Part shown: positions 60,601 through 64,000 of the stretch, one piece after another
Layout: each line of letters begins with the position of its first letter
How positions within the stretch are numbered: the stretch's first letter is position 1
From: Blepharisma stoltei ATCC 30299
Taxonomy: Eukaryota > Protista > Ciliophora
Assembly (NCBI GenBank): GCA_965603825.1
Contig: CBFDEM010000020.1
Location: 434,001-498,000 of the forward strand
DNA: 64,000 bases
Direction of reading: 5' to 3'
Translations under genes and position numbers: made by a program
Notes under the pieces: model-generated
Told to the model about the DNA's origin: nothing
Databases searched by the model: none
What the model saw: the letters and a program-made list of their open reading frames with translations, nothing else

Positions 60601-61139
60601 CCGATTAGTGATATATCTAAGCGCCAGGTTAAGCTTCAACTTAAAGCGATCAATAGATACCCAAAATTCATTATTGTAAATGATGATACAGATATCAAGC
60701 AGAGTATAAAAAAGCAGAGCAGTTTTTTAAAAGAAATGTGAAAGCTAGTCTCTTCGTGTCTCTTTTTCACTTTCAGATAAACTCAGCTCAGTGCTGATGC
60801 TATATTAACCAAGATATCAGGCAAAATAGTATGAGCAATATCATTTGTTTTATTTTCTCCATTGCTCAGAAATACTCCTAATAATTTCATAGCTCATCCC
60901 TCATTATCTACAAAGTTCCCAGGTCCAGCAAAATAAAAGATACAAATCATCACAAACTTGTAAACAAAAAGAATCAAAGAAGTGCAAAATAATAATTTGA
61001 ATACTTGTAGGTGAGGAATTAATTTATGGGTGATATCCCATCAAATAAATACTACAAAGGCTAGATATATCCCAGATAGCACTGACGGCATCCATAGTGA
61101 GCATAGGAGAATAATAGTGCTGAGGAACTCAATAATCAT
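54648..61139 (-). CDS. PIEZO: Piezo-type mechanosensitive ion channel (about 2158 aa)
   Basis: Many TM segments; [39 protein letters not shown] and FYISVVYLVGRLLR...EEELYFELMDILRSPEIIK motifs. More than ten TGA=W; one stop-containing 15-nt intron at 56305-56319. Confidence 0.93.
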
Positions 61140-61165
61140 ATTAATTTTGTTAATTAAATTTAATA

Positions 61166-62491
61166 ATGAATATTTCTGTCACTTTTTTACTTGCAGTATT
61201 TCTGACAGTGAACGCTGATTTTATAAACCCAGAAGAAGTTCACTTATCTTGGACTGAAAATCCCGGCGAGATCAGAATTACATGGGCGACCAAGCTCCCA
61301 TCCAAGTCCTACGCTACTTTTCGGCCACTGCTCTGCGACAGTGTAGTGAATCCTTCAGTTTGAAATCAATCAAGAAGCAACGATACGAAATTTATTTATG
61401 GGTCTCCTGAAAAATACAACCATCAGTTTATTCATACAGCGACCATTTCAAACTTAAATCCTAATTGCTTTTATGAATATTATGTTGGATGCAATTGGGT
61501 AGTCAGCGAAAAATTTGTTTTTTCAGGTAGAACCCCGGTGCTTAGCTCGACAGCAAATGACGCGCAGGCTTTTAAAGCTTTGATATTTGGAAACTGGGGA
61601 TATGGGATATCTGGACAGTATACTTCTTACCTGATGAGCCGAGAAAGCCAAATAAGGGATTTTGACGCGGTGTTTCATTTAGGCAATATTGCTTACTCAC
61701 TTGATTCACACAATGGAGAGACAGGGGACGACTTCTTTAGCATGATTCAGCCAATAGCTTCTAGCTATCCTTATATGACAATTCCAGGAACTCAAGAAGA
61801 CTTGGCAAACTACACACAGTATCATATGAGATTTCTTATGCCGAAAAATAATGATAATAAGGGAACCGGATTCTTTTATTCGTTAAATATAGGCCCTGTG
61901 CACTTTGCCATGATTAATTCAGAGCTATATTTCAATAAAACTCCTGCATCATTAGCATTAGAACAGACGAACTGGCTTAGAAGTGATTTAACGTCAGCAA
62001 ATCAGCAAAGAACTGCAAGGCCTTGGATAGTGATATTAATGCATCGTCCTCTTTATTGTGCATCTAACTTGTCACTGACACGACACACAATTTGTGGAAG
62101 CGAAGCCACAGTTCTTAAAGAATCTTTGGAAGAAATTATTTATGACAATTCAGTGGATTTGGTAATTTCAGCACACTTGAATGGCTATGAAAGAAGTGCT
62201 GCAATATATAAAGGAGAGGTCTTAAAAGGAGCAAATAGTACCGCAAATTATTATACAGACCCAGCTGCCCCTGTTTATATAGTTAGTGGAGCTGCTGGCA
62301 ATTCAGAAGGCTTGGATCCGCTATATCAAAGTGTTTCAGTCCCTGAAACGACTGAATTCGTTGGCTCAACGTATGGCTATGGAAGAATTTATGCATATAA
62401 CACTACTCACTTGTACTGGGAACAATACAATGCTGCAAACTTAACCCAGGTAGATTATCTCTGGATAAGCAAGTCTCAAGCAAGATATTAA
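61166..62491 (+). CDS. Purple acid phosphatase (ACP7/PAPL-like) homologue, secreted, degenerate metal ligands
   Basis: Signal peptide, PEEVHLSW, FN3-like N-domain, FFYSLNIGPVHF, RPWIVILMHRPLYC, YER, PVYIVSGAAG, YGYGR; TGA at 61361. Confidence 0.88.
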
Positions 62492-62521
62492 ATGCTAAAG
62501 CGTTAAATTGACTTAAAATAG

Positions 62522-63067
62522 CTAGTTAAACACATCGCTAATCAGTGATGATTTTTGTTTTTTCATTAATAAAGGTCGGTTAGGCTTCGTGACTGAAACT
62601 TTTTTGGTTCCAGCCAACCGATCAATGAAATTTTTATCCACAGCCGACTTGGTTCTTGTAACTGTTTTATTTTTAGAGCAAATAGTTTTTGTTGCATAGG
62701 TAGGTGTCTTCTTGTTAAAAGGGGAGATGCTCTTTTTGTTGGATTCTTGAGTGCCTAGATGGGACTTTGACTTAGTGTTACTTAACGATCTCCTCTTTTT
62801 TGTGGGTTTACAATTTTCTGTAAAATTTGTTCTTTCTGTCAAAATTTCATTTGGGGCGTCTCCGTCAGCTTCCAAAACGTTTTTGAGATTGGAGATCTTT
62901 GAAGATGATTTTTTTCTATGGGATGGCTTGTTTTCTCGCTCTAGTTTGACTTCCATAAGCCTAGAACAGAGGTCATGGTACTCGAAATGAACTCCGTATT
63001 TGTCCTCAACTGTAGGCTGAGGGTGCTCTCCGAGAATTTGTTTATATAGACCATTATCACCTAACAT
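62522..63067 (-). CDS. Basic low-complexity hypothetical protein
   Basis: Intact 181-aa ORF with a short ordered motif GVHFEYHDLCSRL followed by a K/S/T-rich tail. Confidence 0.7.
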   Translation of the reverse strand: MLGDNGLYKQILGEHPQPTVEDKYGVHFEYHDLCSRLMEVKLERENKPSHRKKSSSKISNLKNVLEADGDAPNEILTERTNFTENCKPTKKRRSLSNTKSKSHLGTQESNKKSISPFNKKTPTYATKTICSKNKTVTRTKSAVDKNFIDRLAGTKKVSVTKPNRPLLMKKQKSSLISDVFN

Positions 63068-63103
63068 TTTAAATTATAACGTCATTAAATTGCAAAAATT
63101 AAA

Positions 63104-64000
63104 TTACAGTTGCTTATTTGAGGATCTTTTCATTATTACGGGGCGGACTGGCATTTTGACAGATTTAACACAAAAATTTGGAAGGACTTGATTTGTTGTT
63201 TCCTTAGCAAAATGAAGGGTTCGGTTTGCTTTAGGCCTTGACAAGTGCTTTACAACGGTCCTAATATTTCGGTCAGGAAGGCTCTGCAACTTTGCTACAG
63301 CAGATTTATTGCAATCGACAATAAAATTTGGTCCTAAATTTCCATTTCTACTTGTAGAAATGCTTCTTTTTCTGGTTTCTATTTCGTTTTTTCTCTCAAT
63401 GTGCGTCCTGGATCTTGAAGCACTCATAAAAGGCTTAAAAAACCTCGATCTATACGTTTTATTATTAAAATTTTCAAAGGAGGTCGAATTGATAATTTTT
63501 GGCGAGATTGAAGTTTGAAAATATGTAAAAGTTGTGAAGCAAGCTCCTATATCAGAAGCTGACACAAAACTTTTAAGCTGACTGGGCTCATCTTGAAGGT
63601 ATATTGGATTTTGAGGGATAGGAATTTTGAATTTAAATGGTTCGTCTTCTATTAAGCAAATCGATGAATTTCTGCTATAAATTGAGGCACTTTCTGATTC
63701 ACTATCGCCGCTGTCACTTCCTGAAGTGTCATTTGAGCCTTCATCTTCTAAGCCTTCATTTTTCTGAGCTCTTTCTATTTCCTCTAAACTGAAATATTTT
63801 GATAATGAAGTATCAATAGGAAATTCATCGAAAACTTGATTCCATTCATTCTCGCTTATTTCTCTTTCATGCTTAGGCTTTATAGAGTTTTTCCTTTTAT
63901 TTAGCTTCTGCTGTCCTTCTTTTGTGCTCGGTCTTCTTGAATTTATTGCGAATTTGGCTTTTTCTTTCATTTCTTGCATTTTTACCTCTCTTTTTTCTTC
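63104..64000 (-). CDS. Hypothetical protein, 5' end probably outside window
   Basis: The frame of ORF 63104-63979 stays open to the right edge; Ser/Lys-rich. Confidence 0.7.
   Translation of the reverse strand, partial: EEKREVKMQEMKEKAKFAINSRRPSTKEGQQKLNKRKNSIKPKHEREISENEWNQVFDEFPIDTSLSKYFSLEEIERAQKNEGLEDEGSNDTSGSDSGDSESESASIYSRNSSICLIEDEPFKFKIPIPQNPIYLQDEPSQLKSFVSASDIGACFTTFTYFQTSISPKIINSTSFENFNNKTYRSRFFKPFMSASRSRTHIERKNEIETRKRSISTSRNGNLGPNFIVDCNKSAVAKLQSLPDRNIRTVVKHLSRPKANRTLHFAKETTNQVLPNFCVKSVKMPVRPVIMKRSSNKQL

Noticed and set aside
687-61363. Many genes apparently broken by premature stops (pseudogene cluster or selenoproteins)
   Set aside because: The breaks are TGA at conserved Trp positions or TAA/TAG inside 15-nt introns; they are artefacts of translating with the standard code.
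1-64000. Telomeric repeats, transposases, CRISPR arrays, rRNA/tRNA genes or prokaryotic operons
   Set aside because: None recognised by eye; the gene content and introns are eukaryotic. Short ncRNAs could have been missed.

Overview
Gene-dense, AT-rich eukaryotic DNA that reads as the macronuclear (somatic) genome of a heterotrich ciliate, most likely Blepharisma. In-frame TGA repeatedly falls at conserved Trp positions, and aligns with TGG between tandem paralogues. Every complete gene model closes at TAA or TAG, and genes are interrupted by tiny 15-16-nt GT..AG introns with an A six bases from the 3' end. The supplied ORF track uses the standard code and so fragments most genes. Re-read with UGA=Trp and tiny introns, the window holds about 41 protein genes (two cut by the edges). 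They include GDH, RABL2, an SR splicing factor, two TTLL enzymes, a GRAB golgin, Ap4A phosphorylase, peroxisomal Lon, a GBP-like protein, three tandem GATase1 genes, a UBL-ankyrin-PH-AGC kinase, an SLC25 carrier, a FAN-like BEACH protein, centrin, WDR7, LC8, an IBTK-like protein, Piezo and a purple-acid-phosphatase homologue. I recognised no rRNA, tRNA, transposon, telomere or IES. Main leads: (1) the SR gene carries an apparent 45-nt intron with classical ACTAAC/ACTAAT branch motifs and a competing stop-generating acceptor, a possible splicing-autoregulation switch in a tiny-intron genome; (2) a frame-required 14-nt intron candidate; (3) a tandem trio of proteins with a Nudix-like N-domain fused to a GATase1 domain carrying HPN instead of HPE; (4) two apparent pseudoenzymes. 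All family calls come from motif recognition by eye, not database searches.
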